This document shows positions 29,306-40,460 of a stretch of DNA of 64,000 nucleotides, one piece after another; position 1 is the stretch's first letter; the number at the start of each line of letters is the position of its first letter. The stretch is taken from assembly GCA_965242695.1 (NCBI GenBank), contig CBDESU010000001.1:832001-896000 (forward strand), in the 5' to 3' direction. The position numbers and the translations under genes are program-made. This stretch comes from Cenarchaeum sp. GTDB taxonomy: Archaea; Thermoproteota; Nitrososphaeria; Nitrososphaerales; Nitrosopumilaceae. The notes below the pieces were generated by a model. That model worked only from the letters and a program-made list of their open reading frames with translations. It was not told where the DNA came from and did not search any database.

Positions 29306-30244
29306 CTAGGGAAACGCATCGAGGACGGCCGCGTAGCTCGCAAACCTGTGGTTCTCGGGCCTTACCTCGACCTCCCTGTACTTTGGCACCGTCTGGCCGT
29401 GCGCACCGTACAGGCCGAGCGGGTCGTCCGGGCGGGGCCTGCCGCCGGCCTCTTCCCCCCCGCCGCCGGCCCCGGCATCCCCGGCCGCCTCGAGCAGGAC
29501 CTCGTCGGTCGGCGCGTAGTGGCTCGTGACGGAGGAGCGGACCGCCGCCGAGAGGGCCGCCGCGTAGTCCGACCCTGCGGACGGGGCGGACGCCGGCACG
29601 GATGCGCCGAACAGGTGGACCGACTCTACGGGGGGGCGGGCCCTGCCGCCGCCCCTGGCCAGATCGGCCAGGGCGCTGAATATGACGTGCGAGCCGAGCG
29701 AGTGGCCGATCAGCCGCACGCGCATCGAGGGGCTCGGCACCCTGATCGCCCGCACAAACGCGGCCAGGCGCGGCCCGTTCTGCTCGGCTATCCGCACGGC
29801 AGCCTCCGCCGCGCGGGCCCTCCTCGCGGGGGACGTCGCCGAGGCCCCCGAGGTGTTCGAGTCGTAGCTGTACCCGACGACGGGGTGGCCGTACCCGAGC
29901 TCGCGGAGGCGGTCCTTTGCGATCGCAAACTTGCGCGCCGCATCCGACGTGGTGTTGCGCATGCCGTGGACCATTACGACGAGCTCGGGCGAGCCTGCAA
30001 GCCCGTCAAAGTACGACTTTGGGTACAGGCGGTACGGCGGCCGGGCCTTGCCTGCGGCCGGTGCGGTCCCGCCGCCCTTGCCTGCGCCCCGCTTCCGGCG
30101 CACGTCGCCGCCCTCCCATCCGGCGACCGGCTCGCCCGTGGACAGGTCGTACGCGCCCCTTGTCGTTATGCGCGGAAACCTGGCGCCGGCGACGACGGGC
30201 ACGGCCGACGCGGCGGCCCTGTACTGCGCGCCTCCTGCCGTCAT
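29306..30244 (-). CDS. Alpha/beta-hydrolase fold protein (DUF726/DUF900-like)
   Basis: VMVHGM, LIGHSLGS nucleophile elbow, DEVL; ATGA overlap with the metG stop. Confidence 0.85.
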   Translation of the reverse strand: MTAGGAQYRAAASAVPVVAGARFPRITTRGAYDLSTGEPVAGWEGGDVRRKRGAGKGGGTAPAAGKARPPYRLYPKSYFDGLAGSPELVVMVHGMRNTTSDAARKFAIAKDRLRELGYGHPVVGYSYDSNTSGASATSPARRARAAEAAVRIAEQNGPRLAAFVRAIRVPSPSMRVRLIGHSLGSHVIFSALADLARGGGRARPPVESVHLFGASVPASAPSAGSDYAAALSAAVRSSVTSHYAPTDEVLLEAAGDAGAGGGGEEAGGRPRPDDPLGLYGAHGQTVPKYREVEVRPENHRFASYAAVLDAFP

Positions 30245-31950
30245 GCCCGCCCCGCCCCCTTGGATGCGCCGCCGGCCCCGGCCAGCGCGCCCCTGCGCCG
30301 CTCGATGTCCGCCGCGTCGATCTTTGCAAACAGCGGCCCGGCCTCGCCGAGGCGGTGGCCCGGCCGGATGGCCATCTCGGACATCTCGTCCCATGCATGC
30401 GAGCCGGGCCCCCCCTTTTCCCCGCCTGCCAGCCCGAGCTGCCCCCACATGGCCTCGGAGGCGGCCGGCAGGAACGGGTGCAGGGCGAGCGACATGCTCC
30501 TCACCGCGTTGACGGACGTGTACACGCACGCGGCGGCCCCGTCGCCTCCCTTCCACGGCTCGCTGTGCTGAAAGTACCTGTTGAACGATGCCGAGAATTC
30601 AAGGACCGCCTTGAGGGCCTTGTCGAGGCGGTTCTCGGCGAGCGGCCGGCCGACGTCCCCGGCCAGGGCCGCTATCCGCCGCTCGGCGTCCCTGTCGGCC
30701 TCGCCCGCAATGCCGGGCTCGGGCACCTCGCCGCCGTGCCTCCGGCACGCGAACCCGACGGCCCTGTTGACGAGGTTTCCGACGTTGCCGATCAGGTCAG
30801 AGTTCACGCGCGCCGCAAAGTCGGCCCAGTCGAAGTTGAGGTCGTCCTGCGAGTACGGGCTTATCAGGAGCAGGTAGAACCGCAGGTAGTCGGCGGGGTA
30901 CGCCTCGAGGAACTCGCGCAGCCCGATGTACCAGCCGCGGCTCTTCGATATCTTCCTCGACTCGAGCGTCAGGTGGCCCCTCGTCGGCATGTAGTCGGGG
31001 AGCTTGAACCGGCGGCCGAGGCCCATGCGCATCGCCGGCAGGAACAGGTAGTGGTGGTACACGATGTCCTTGCCGATAAAGTGGTACACGTCGGCGTCGT
31101 TCCAGAACCGCTCGGCGTCGATGCCCCTGCCCTCCAGGAACTCGGCCGCCGCCGAGATGTACGACAGGTGGTTGTCGAACCAGCCGTACAGGACCTTTGG
31201 ATCCCCGCCCTCGGCCCCGCCGGCGGCCGGCGGGACCGGCACGCCCCAAGACATGTCCCGCGTAATGTCCCAGTCGGACAGGCCGCCGCGTATCCAGTTG
31301 AGCACGTACCTCTTTACGTCGGGCTGCAGGCCGGCGCTGCCCTCGAGCCACTCGGACAGCTCGCCGGCGAACCCGCCGAGCCTGAAGAAGTAGTGGCGCG
31401 AGCTGCGCTTGACCGGCGCGGCGCCGCAGATCGAGCAGCGCGGCGAGGCGATCTCGTCGGGTATGCGGCCGCACGACTCGCACAGGTCCGAGTACTGGTC
31501 CTCGGCGCCGCACGACGGGCAGGTGCCGCGCACGTACCGGTCGGGCAGGAACATGCCGTCGGCCTCGCAGTACGGCTGGACCACATCGGACTCGTAGATG
31601 TGGCCGGCAGCGAGCAGCTCGTCGAACGCGCGGCGGGCGAACTCGACGGCCCGCGGCGAGCTCGTCGCCCCAAAGTGGTCGAACGAGACCCCGAGCGCCT
31701 CAAAGTCCTCCTTGTCCCGCCTGTTCCAGTGCTCCACGTACTCGGCCGGCGTCTTGCCCTCCCTCTCGGACTGGATGAGTATGGGCGTGCCAAAGTCGTC
31801 GGACGCGCAGATGTAGTACGCCTCGACGCCCTTCATGCGTAGGAACCTTGCCGTGACGTCGGCCGGCAGGTACGTCGAGGCGACGTGCCCCAGGTGTATC
31901 TCGCCGTTGGCGTACGGCAGGGCGCTCGTAATGACGGCCTTGTCCCTCAC
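30241..31950 (-). CDS. metG: Methionine--tRNA ligase (short form)
   Basis: SALPYANGEIHLGH, zinc knuckles, FIGKDI, KISKS; no C-terminal tRNA-binding appendage. Confidence 0.97.
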   Translation of the reverse strand: MRDKAVITSALPYANGEIHLGHVASTYLPADVTARFLRMKGVEAYYICASDDFGTPILIQSEREGKTPAEYVEHWNRRDKEDFEALGVSFDHFGATSSPRAVEFARRAFDELLAAGHIYESDVVQPYCEADGMFLPDRYVRGTCPSCGAEDQYSDLCESCGRIPDEIASPRCSICGAAPVKRSSRHYFFRLGGFAGELSEWLEGSAGLQPDVKRYVLNWIRGGLSDWDITRDMSWGVPVPPAAGGAEGGDPKVLYGWFDNHLSYISAAAEFLEGRGIDAERFWNDADVYHFIGKDIVYHHYLFLPAMRMGLGRRFKLPDYMPTRGHLTLESRKISKSRGWYIGLREFLEAYPADYLRFYLLLISPYSQDDLNFDWADFAARVNSDLIGNVGNLVNRAVGFACRRHGGEVPEPGIAGEADRDAERRIAALAGDVGRPLAENRLDKALKAVLEFSASFNRYFQHSEPWKGGDGAAACVYTSVNAVRSMSLALHPFLPAASEAMWGQLGLAGGEKGGPGSHAWDEMSEMAIRPGHRLGEAGPLFAKIDAADIERRRGALAGAGGASKGAGRA

Positions 31951-32128
31951 GGCAAGGAGCCGGCGCGCGGGGTAAAAAGTCTAGCGGCGGGGCGCCTCGG
32001 GCGCCATTTCGGGCCCCCAGGCGCCCACTCCGGGCCGCAGGCGCGATCGCAGGCGCACCGCCGTCCGCATGCGATCGCCCTTGCCGCCCGCCGCCACCTT
32101 AATACGCGGGGCCCCCGGCCCGTGCCGC

Positions 32129-32914
32129 ATGGAGGGGCAGGAGCCGGCGGCCACCTTTACCTTCCGATCGTCCGACGGGACGGTGTACGAGATACCCGTG
32201 CGCACGGCGGCCGAGGCCGAGCGGATGTTCCGCGCCGCGCAGGAGGTCGCCGGGCGGCTTGCCAGGGACGGCGGCGAGGGCGCAGAAGGGTACGCGCCGG
32301 CGCAGGTACAGGCCGCGCTGCCCGGCGGCGGGCAGGGCGCCGGCGCGGGCGCCGCCTCAGAGTGCGGCTTCGAGTGCGACGCGGCCGGCGACGATGCGGC
32401 CGCGGCCGCGGCCCAGGCCGCCGGCGACATCGGCGTTGCGATCGACATACTGGTCGCCGAGGGCGTGCCCCGCGAGGACACGATGCGCGAGCCGTGGATT
32501 ACATTCGCACCGAGGCGCCTCGGCTGGAAGGATGCCCTGGGCGACTCGCCCGACCGCCTCTGCGTGAGGGGGATCGACCACTACATCCTCCAGGGCGCGC
32601 CGGGCACCATCATTATCGACGAAAAGGCCGCATGCGTCGTCCCGGGCGGTATACTGCTCCACCCGTCCGTCGCGTTCCACTGCCCGAACCCGCGGTGCGG
32701 GTACCCTCCCCACGTGCTGGACCTGGACGGCCCCTGGTACGGCACCCGCGCCGGCGCCGGCGCCACCAGGGCGCGCCGGAAGGCGTACAATGCGGCGGGC
32801 CTGCCGGCGATCACCGTCTCGACGTGCGAGCACCCGCTCGGCACGTGGACGGGGGTGCTGCAAAAGTCGATACGGCGCCACCTGCGGCCGGGGCCGCGCC
32901 GCAGCAGGCGGTAG
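32129..32914 (+). CDS. Hypothetical protein, possible degenerate Vsr/DUF559-like C-terminal domain
   Basis: TTAATA box upstream of ATG 32129; HPSVAF..VLDLDGPWYG..RRKAYNAAGLPAITV pattern. Confidence 0.65.
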   Translation: MEGQEPAATFTFRSSDGTVYEIPVRTAAEAERMFRAAQEVAGRLARDGGEGAEGYAPAQVQAALPGGGQGAGAGAASECGFECDAAGDDAAAAAAQAAGDIGVAIDILVAEGVPREDTMREPWITFAPRRLGWKDALGDSPDRLCVRGIDHYILQGAPGTIIIDEKAACVVPGGILLHPSVAFHCPNPRCGYPPHVLDLDGPWYGTRAGAGATRARRKAYNAAGLPAITVSTCEHPLGTWTGVLQKSIRRHLRPGPRRSRR

Positions 32915-32941
32915 CGGGCCTGCCTCGGCCTCGGTCTCGGC

Positions 32942-34255
32942 CTACCAGCTGCTCGCGTACCTCTTCTGCTCGGCGCCGAGCCTGTCGATGGACACGCCCA
33001 TGGCGGCGAGCGCATCGCGCGCGACCTGCACGTCGATCTCGGCCGGCACCCTGTGTATTCCGTTGTCCATCGATGCGTGGTTCTTTAGGATGTGCAGTAT
33101 GGACAGTATCTGGTTCGAGAACGACTGGGCCATGACCTCGGGCGGGTGGCCCTCGGCGGCGACCAGGTTGGCCAGGCGGCCCCTGCCGATGAGGTACACG
33201 CGCCGGCCGCCGGGCAGCCTGCACTCGTCGAGCCCCTCGCGCACCTTTCTCACCTTCGAGCCGCCGCCGAGGAGGTACTTTCCGTCGATCTCTACGTCAA
33301 AGTGGCCGACGTTGCCGAGGACGGCGCCGTCCTTCATGCGGTCGATGTGCTCTTTTGTGATGATCCCCGTCATCCCCGTGCACGTAATGAACACGTCGCC
33401 GAGCCGGGCTGCCCTCGACATGGGCATGACGTCGTACCCGTCCATGTGGGCCTCTAGGGCGCGCACGGGGTCGACCTCTGTCACGATCACGCGCGAGCCC
33501 ATCCCGCGGCAGCGCGCGGCCACGCCCCTGCCGACCCAGCCGTATCCGGCCACGACGACCCTCTTTGAGGCCATGAGGAGGTTCATCGAGCGCAGCAGGC
33601 CGTCGACCGTGCTCTGGCCCGTCCCGTACCTGTTGTCGAACATTAGCTTTGTATGCGCGTCGTTTACGACGATGATCGGGTAGCGGAGCTGCCCCTTTGC
33701 CGCCACGGCGCGTATGCGGTTGACGCCGGCCGTAGTCTCCTCGGTCGCGCCCAGTATCTCGAGCCCCGAGAACCTCTTGTCAAAGTGCGCCTTTATGTTC
33801 ATGTCGGCCCCGTCGTCGGTCAGGATCGACGGGCCGTGGCCTAGCACCTGCTCTATGCACCAGTCGTACTCCCTGGCCGTCTGGTCGTTCCACGCGTACG
33901 CGTGGATGCCGCTCGATGCAAGGAACGCCGCGATGTCGTCCTGTGTGGTGAGCGGGTTGCCGGGGCAGGCCGCCACGGTCGCCCCGAGCTCCTTTGCGCC
34001 CATGAGCAGGACCGACGTCTCCTTTGTGATGTGCAGGCAGAAGCCGAGCGTGATGCCCTTGAGCGGCTGCGAGGGCCTGAGGCGGGAGAGCGTGTTCTCT
34101 AGTATGCTCATGTGCGAGCGGGCCCACTCGTACGACAGGCGCCCCTGCCCGGCGAGCTTGATGTCCTTGACCTTGTAGCCCTTGGCGGGGCCTCTGCCCT
34201 TGCCGGCGCGTCCCGCCGCCAGCGCCCTGCCGCCCTTGCGCCTAGTAGCCGCCAC
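32942..34255 (-). CDS. ahcY: Adenosylhomocysteinase
   Basis: CLHITKET, GATEETTAG, FDNRYGTGQS, GYGWVGRG, GHFDVEI, GRLANL..EGHP; start placed at GTG 34255 by TATA spacing. Confidence 0.97.
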   Translation of the reverse strand: MAATRRKGGRALAAGRAGKGRGPAKGYKVKDIKLAGQGRLSYEWARSHMSILENTLSRLRPSQPLKGITLGFCLHITKETSVLLMGAKELGATVAACPGNPLTTQDDIAAFLASSGIHAYAWNDQTAREYDWCIEQVLGHGPSILTDDGADMNIKAHFDKRFSGLEILGATEETTAGVNRIRAVAAKGQLRYPIIVVNDAHTKLMFDNRYGTGQSTVDGLLRSMNLLMASKRVVVAGYGWVGRGVAARCRGMGSRVIVTEVDPVRALEAHMDGYDVMPMSRAARLGDVFITCTGMTGIITKEHIDRMKDGAVLGNVGHFDVEIDGKYLLGGGSKVRKVREGLDECRLPGGRRVYLIGRGRLANLVAAEGHPPEVMAQSFSNQILSILHILKNHASMDNGIHRVPAEIDVQVARDALAAMGVSIDRLGAEQKRYASSW

Positions 34256-34496
34256 GGGCGGCGCGGCCGGGCGCTTCAATTAAAACCCTTATGACCGCAC
34301 ACTTGGCGAAAGATCGCACCCTGCTACTCCTCTGACACTCATAGTCAAGCGACCCGTTGTAAACAGGGCCACCGTGCAAGTCTCTGGCAAGGGCTAGGTC
34401 TGTAGATCGAGTGGTGATGATGTACGCTACGCGGGCGCCGACCACGGCTTCATCTTGCCCGAAAGTTATATCACCCTGCTCCGAGCGGCCGCGGTA

Positions 34497-37432
34497 ATGC
34501 CCGGTAGACGCAGGTCAAGGAAGGTACATGGGAAGGGCCCTAGCAAGGTGAGTAAGGGCAGGAACAGAGAAGAGGCCGTCAATATCATGATGGCACAAAT
34601 CCTAGATCGCGAGCCTGGCTGGTCTGCCACTCCAGAACGCACCCGAGTCGTCCGCGGTCAGATCCGTCGAAGACCCGACATCGTGATCGATGTGGGCGGG
34701 CGAGCCATCGTCATCGAGACAGAATTTCCGCCGGCCAACGGACTCAGTTATGACTTAACAAAAGCCGCAGGCTATGACTTGGAAGGTCTAGGTCTGCCTA
34801 TCGCGACAGTTGGCATTGTGCTTCCACACGTCACCATGCAGTGCGATATTAACGAGATTGAAGACCATCTGATGGCATGCAACAGTCTAGAATACAACGT
34901 TGTGCCCCTTGACGGCAGACGGTTTCCACCCACTGGTTACTTGGTGGGATCACTCTTAGATGTACGTGCTGCCATACGACTGTCGTCCGTCCCCGATGCC
35001 GACATAAGGAGAGGCTACGAAATGATGGCCGATGGAGTCGACAAGATCGAGCACATAATACGAGAACGGGTGGGGTGTGATACGCATGATGCTGTGTGCA
35101 GATTTCTTCGCCAAAAACCGGGAGATGGAACGTGGCGAATGGCGGCTCTTGTGCTTCTCAACGCATGTGTGTTCTACGATGAGTTGTCAGGACACCGTGA
35201 TGATGTGGAGACCATTCCTTCGCTATCCGTTGTCGGAACGGTTGACCATGCCACGCTGCTCGGCGCGTGGCGCGCAGTACGGAAAATTAACTATGCACCC
35301 ATATTCGACACTGCCATAGCGGTGTTGGGGGCAATGCCACCTGCGGTTGCAAACGAGATAATTGCAGTCATGATACGTGTGTCGTCACGTGTGATGGCAA
35401 CTGGTGCCAACCGCTTTGTCGATTTCTACGGTATGTTGTACCAGCGGTTGTTATATGAACGCAGGCTGGTGGCTGCATACTACACACGGCCCGAAGCGGC
35501 CACACTTTTGGCAGGCCTTACAATCAGGGGTTGCGAGGACGACATGTGGAGGGATCAAGACCGCATTAGAAGGCTTCGAATTGCCGATTTTGCCTGCGGT
35601 TCGGGGTCGCTACTGCATGCGGCCTATTCCCACGTAATCCACTGCTCACCGTTTGACGTGTCTGACATGCACTCCCACGTGATGGAGAATTGTATATGGG
35701 CCGCGGATATATTCCCCATTGCCACGCATTTTGCGGTATCAGCTTTGTCGTCAATGTTTCCCAGTAAAACATTCAGTGACTGTCACATCTACACCCGAAA
35801 ACTAGAACCTGGAGCCACTGGGGGGTATCACCTGGGTTCGCTGGATCTTATCGATGATCTCGAACCTTTTGTCGACGCGGGGGTAATGTACGGAGGGAGC
35901 GGCCCTCGTCCCGTACGAGCTGCCACATTACAGCATGGCTCATGCGACTACATCTTGATGAACCCCCCTTTTGCTCGTGCCACCAATCACGGTGGCAACA
36001 GGCCTGATCCTGTGCCTCCGTTCGCGATACATGGGATTAACCCTGAGATGCAGATTGAAATGGGGAAGCACAACAGCAATTTGTTTAAGGGCACATGTGC
36101 ACACGGTAATGCAGGATTGGCGTCCCATTTTATGGCCATATGCAACAAAAAAATAAGGGGGGGGGGGGGCGGTTCGGCCTAATCCTTCCCGACACAATTA
36201 CAACGGGGCAATCATGGGTATCAGCTAGAGCCATGTTGGAAGAATGGTACGACGACATAACAGTCACTATTGTTGGTCACGGGGACGATGGCACGTATTC
36301 GTCCGATACCGCCATGCATGAGGTGATGCTTGTGGCACAAAAAAGGGGTGAGAAGCGCACATCGGGCGATCCTGCCCCGAGAATAAAATTCGTGCAGCTT
36401 GACAAGATGCCGTCGTCACGTCTCGAAGCACTAACCCTATCAAAGGTAATTCGTGACACAAGTGTTGTAAAGCTTGAAGATGATGTGGGCATTACATCCC
36501 TGATCATCGGTGACACGGATACTGTTGTGGGTAGGGCGGTTAGTTGTCCCGTCGAAGCAAACATGCCTTGGTTTTGTAGACGCGTAAAAAATATAGGGTT
36601 GTTACAGTTTGCGTACAATCTATCCCGTGGAAGACTTTCGTCTTTTGATAACGTAGGCGATAGTGGGTTAAAGCCCAAAGCGTCTGCGCATACAATTCCG
36701 ATAACACTGCTCGGGGAGTTTGTTGATATGGGTAGGCATCACTTGGATATCATAGGAAAGAAGCCCGATGGAACGCCACGAGGTCCATTTAACAAAATAG
36801 TTCGTTTAGATGGGTCGAAGTACAAGTGTTTGTGGAACAACGATGCAAATACACAACAAAGCATGCTAGTTGAGCACGATTACTCGCTGGAGGCAAAGCA
36901 TGACGCTACGCGCAAACACATTGCCGCGACCTGGGCTACAAGTGGCAGGGTTCATTTAAACAATCAGGCGGGATACGGATCACAGCGTTTGATTGCTGCA
37001 TATACTAAAGATCCCGTTCTTGGAGGGGCGTCGTGGCCCAACGTTGTGGGTCTTGAGGAGAAATATGAAAAGGCCTTCACCACATGGTGTAATACAACAT
37101 TTGGGTTATTATTGTATTGGTTGGTTGCTGGAGGTCAACAACGAGGACGTGGACGAATGGGAGTGGATTCATTCCGTAAGACATTTTCAGTACTAGATGT
37201 TAGGAATCTCAACGGTAGACAGCTAACAAAATTTAACAATCTTTTTGACGCAACTTGTAGAACCAAACTAAAGCCGTTCAGCAACCCTTCTGATGATCCT
37301 ACACGTAAGTGTATTGATAAGGAAGTGATGCACATCTTGGGTATGAATATAGACATAAACGAACTGTACGAGTGGATTGAGAATGAACCCCAGATTAACA
37401 ATGACGGAAACATGGTGGTAAGCCAAGATTGA
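34497..37432 (+). pseudogene. Type IIG restriction-modification enzyme, frameshifted at a G13 tract (phase-variable candidate)
   Basis: PDIVI..IETE nuclease, YYTRPEAA.LLA, DFACGSGSLL, MNPPF in the first frame; RFGLILP and the TRD continue in another frame after G13 at 36157-36169; visibly lower GC than its flanks. Confidence 0.88.
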
Positions 37433-37485
37433 TGACCGCATTGATTGTCTCGCCTTTACCACAGAAGTTTACGGAATGCCGCTAC

Positions 37486-38388
37486 TCATACGTGCACTGC
37501 AAACACGTACGGCGTCCCCCCTCCCTCCGACTCGATCGTCCACCGCGTGGGCAGCTCTAGCACGCCAAGCACGTCTAGGTCGAACTTGTCGAGCAGGGGG
37601 CCCCATCCCCACCGGTTCTCGGCGCCCCCTATGCCGCCGGACGCCTCCTCTCCGACACCTGCAAGGACCAGGAGCGGCCCGGCGCCCCCGTCCCGCGCGC
37701 CGCCCTGGGCCGCGCAGGCGACGGCATCGGCGAGCAGCTCGCCTACCTGCGGTAGGGCGCCGACAAAGAGTGCGGCTGCGCCGCCTTCTTCCCGTACCGG
37801 CCCCGCATAGTCGATGCCGAACGCATCCTCGCCCGAGCCGGATGCACCCATTTCGACGCCCGTCCTCTTTGATATGGCCAGCTGCGCGGCGGCGAGCCCG
37901 TCGTCGATCTCGACTGATCGCACGCGCATGCCGGCCGCACCGCAGCAGTACGCGATGCGGCCGTCGCCGGATCCGACGTCGACGGCAGCGCGCGCGCCGA
38001 GGGCTAGCGCCGCAGATGCGAGCGCATATGCCGAGAGCATCCACGTCGGGTAGAACGGCGCGGCGCTCGCATCGTGCTTTAGGCTGTCGAGCCAGTGGCC
38101 CGTCGCGTCGCCCTCGCATAGGGTGCACCGCACTCCGCCTATGGCCTCGTCCGACAGCCTCGCATAGACGGGGCTTGCCCGCGCGAACGCGCCGAGCGCC
38201 GCCGCGCCAGCCGCATCGACTCCGATCGACGGCTCGGCCCCCGACGGTATGGCCTCGTACAGGTGGCTGTTGCCCCTGTACGATCGACTCGTCTCGCCGG
38301 CGATCCGCAGAATCGCATCGGCCGCGCGCCGCCGCCGCCCAAGCTCGGCAGCTGCCGGCCCGGCCGAGAGCATGCCCATCCACAGCAC
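37486..38388 (-). CDS. Conserved hypothetical class I SAM-methyltransferase-like protein
   Basis: VDVGSGDGRIAY motif I, SVEID; lies directly downstream of fen. Confidence 0.8.
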   Translation of the reverse strand: MLWMGMLSAGPAAAELGRRRRAADAILRIAGETSRSYRGNSHLYEAIPSGAEPSIGVDAAGAAALGAFARASPVYARLSDEAIGGVRCTLCEGDATGHWLDSLKHDASAAPFYPTWMLSAYALASAALALGARAAVDVGSGDGRIAYCCGAAGMRVRSVEIDDGLAAAQLAISKRTGVEMGASGSGEDAFGIDYAGPVREEGGAAALFVGALPQVGELLADAVACAAQGGARDGGAGPLLVLAGVGEEASGGIGGAENRWGWGPLLDKFDLDVLGVLELPTRWTIESEGGGTPYVFAVHV

Positions 38389-38395
38389 CCTGCCG

Positions 38396-39424
38396 CTAGA
38401 ACCACTTGTCCAGGTTCTGGCTGCGCCTCTCTAGCGCCCTGCGCAGGCGGTCGAGGGCCGAGGCAACGCGCGCCTCGGAGAAGCCGCGCTCGCCGACCAG
38501 GTACGACGAGACGGCCTCGGCGTCGGCCTGGCCGTACTCGACGGGGGCGCCGCAGTCGTCCGGCACGTCCGGCTCCAGGAATATCTTTCGTATGCGCTCG
38601 TAGTCGACCTTGCCGAGCTCTTCGCGTATGCGCGGGATGTCCTCGAGCCGGCCGTGCTCCCTGACCAGCTTGAGGGCCGTCTTTGGGCCTATCCGGGAAA
38701 ATCCGTCGGGGTTGAAGTCGGTCCCGATCAGTATGGCAATGTCGACGAGCTGCCCCCGCTCCAGGCCGAGCGACTCTAGCGTGCGCGCAGACTCTATCAC
38801 CTCTGGCTCGACGTCGACGTACATGTTGCGGTTGGGTAGCTTGCGCCTGCCACTCGTCGCAAAGTTGCGAACTAGCCGTACCGCGCCGAACAGGACCGAG
38901 TCAAAGTCCTGGCTGGCCGACGCGTACGCCTCGCCCGTCTTTGTCAGGTGCGCCGCGGCGGCCTCGCCCTCTGACGGCGCGTCCACGCACGGGATGCCGA
39001 GCAGCCCGAGGAGCCGCTTTGCGTCGTCGACCATGCCGTCGGTCATCGTCGTCGTCTGCTGGGCGTACTTTTTTGCCGCCTCCATGTCGCCGGCCTCGAC
39101 GGCGCGCTCGTACTTGACGGCCGCATCCTTCTTGACGGCGCGGCGGCGCGCGATCTCGGCGGCCTTCATCGACGGCGGAGTCCCGTCAAAGACGTAGACG
39201 GGGCGTATGCCGAGGGACAGGTAGTTTACGTTGCGGTGGAGCAGGCCGCTGAGGTGGCTCGTCACGCGGCCCTGGTCGTCCGAGAGCGGCGAGCCGTCGG
39301 GCCCCCGTATGGTCGAGAGGAACTGGTACAGGGCGTTGTACGCGTCGACGGCGACCGTGCGCGAGGCGAACGCATCGAGCGTCGTCGGCTCCCTCTCGAC
39401 GAGCGCCTTTATGTCGACCCCCAT
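38396..39424 (-). CDS. fen: Flap endonuclease 1
   Basis: [37 protein letters not shown]-terminal PIP box QNLDKWF. Confidence 0.97.
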   Translation of the reverse strand: MGVDIKALVEREPTTLDAFASRTVAVDAYNALYQFLSTIRGPDGSPLSDDQGRVTSHLSGLLHRNVNYLSLGIRPVYVFDGTPPSMKAAEIARRRAVKKDAAVKYERAVEAGDMEAAKKYAQQTTTMTDGMVDDAKRLLGLLGIPCVDAPSEGEAAAAHLTKTGEAYASASQDFDSVLFGAVRLVRNFATSGRRKLPNRNMYVDVEPEVIESARTLESLGLERGQLVDIAILIGTDFNPDGFSRIGPKTALKLVREHGRLEDIPRIREELGKVDYERIRKIFLEPDVPDDCGAPVEYGQADAEAVSSYLVGERGFSEARVASALDRLRRALERRSQNLDKWF

Positions 39425-39541
39425 GCGCGGGCGGCGCGGCCGGGGCGTATTCATGGGTTGCGGCCGCGCGGGCCGCGCCGGCGGCGGCCGGCGGCGCCTC
39501 GCACGGTCTATGTGGACGCCCCGCGGAGCCGCCGCGCGGCC

Positions 39542-40174
39542 GTGGACGAAGATGCCGCCGGGCTGGCGGCGGGGGCGCCGCAGGGCGCGGTGCCGGCGCC
39601 ATGCGACGGCGGCGCGCCCGCCGGGCCGCGGCAGGCCGGCGCGGCGCCGGGCGGATCGCGCGCGATCATGCCTAGGCCTGGCGGCAGGTTTGGCGACGAA
39701 GAGCTGGGAGCCAGGCTTGGCGTGCCCCTGGCGGGATCGATGCGCGCCAGCCGCGAGAACAAGTGCATCGTACTCGTGGACCTCCAGGATGGCGACTCGC
39801 GGGACGGCGACATGGCCGTGTACGTGGGCCGGGACAGGCGCGGAGGCCGACGGGCGGATCAGTCGACGGACGGCGGCGGCCCCGATCTGCCCCTCTTGGA
39901 TGCGAGTGGGTACGCGGTGCTCGACTTTGCAAGGGACGGCGGCATGCTCGTGCTGGAAAGGGTCGCAGAGTTCGGCTCGCTCAGCCTTGAGAAGAGGGAC
40001 GGGCGAGACGTGGCCGTTTTCAAAGTGAGGGCCGTCGACGGCGAGGCATGGGACGGCGAGGAGCTGAACCCCGATGCCGAGAGGCCGCTCCAGTCGATAG
40101 AGTCCGGGACGTTTGCCGGCAAGAGGTGCACGGTCGACGAGTATATTGAGCATGTCCGGAAGGCTATGGCGTAG
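39542..40174 (+). CDS. SRA/PUA-like domain protein with antitoxin-like C-terminal tail (paralog of 52598-53629)
   Basis: [33 protein letters not shown] aligns with the 52598 gene; tail [22 protein letters not shown]; start uncertain (39542 or 39668). Confidence 0.65.
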   Translation: MDEDAAGLAAGAPQGAVPAPCDGGAPAGPRQAGAAPGGSRAIMPRPGGRFGDEELGARLGVPLAGSMRASRENKCIVLVDLQDGDSRDGDMAVYVGRDRRGGRRADQSTDGGGPDLPLLDASGYAVLDFARDGGMLVLERVAEFGSLSLEKRDGRDVAVFKVRAVDGEAWDGEELNPDAERPLQSIESGTFAGKRCTVDEYIEHVRKAMA

Positions 40175-40460
40175 CGCCGCATTGAGAAATTGGTGCGACG
40201 GCAGGATGCACAAGGCGCTGAAGGGACTGTGGGGGGAAGCGCACCCGCAGTCCGTCGACCCGACTCTGGCCTCGCGGGGGCGGCATGCACTCGAGAACTT
40301 CCATCATTCGGGCGCCCATATCTGGCACGCCGCCATTGATATCCGCTGAACGCGGTCGGACGGGCGCCGCCGCGCCCTGGGCGCGCCATGTGCAGCCGCA
40401 CGCGCGCGCACTTGGCGGCGCCCCTTCAAACTTATAGCGCGGAATTTGGAGCGCGGCGCA

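Noticed and set aside
34290-34455. Short minus-strand ORF or enzyme fragment between ahcY and the Type IIG gene
   Set aside because: Too short, with only a vague resemblance to anything known.
39425-40213. 605-aa extended FEN1
   Set aside because: Homology starts at MGVDIK (39424), and the extension overlaps a better + strand gene.
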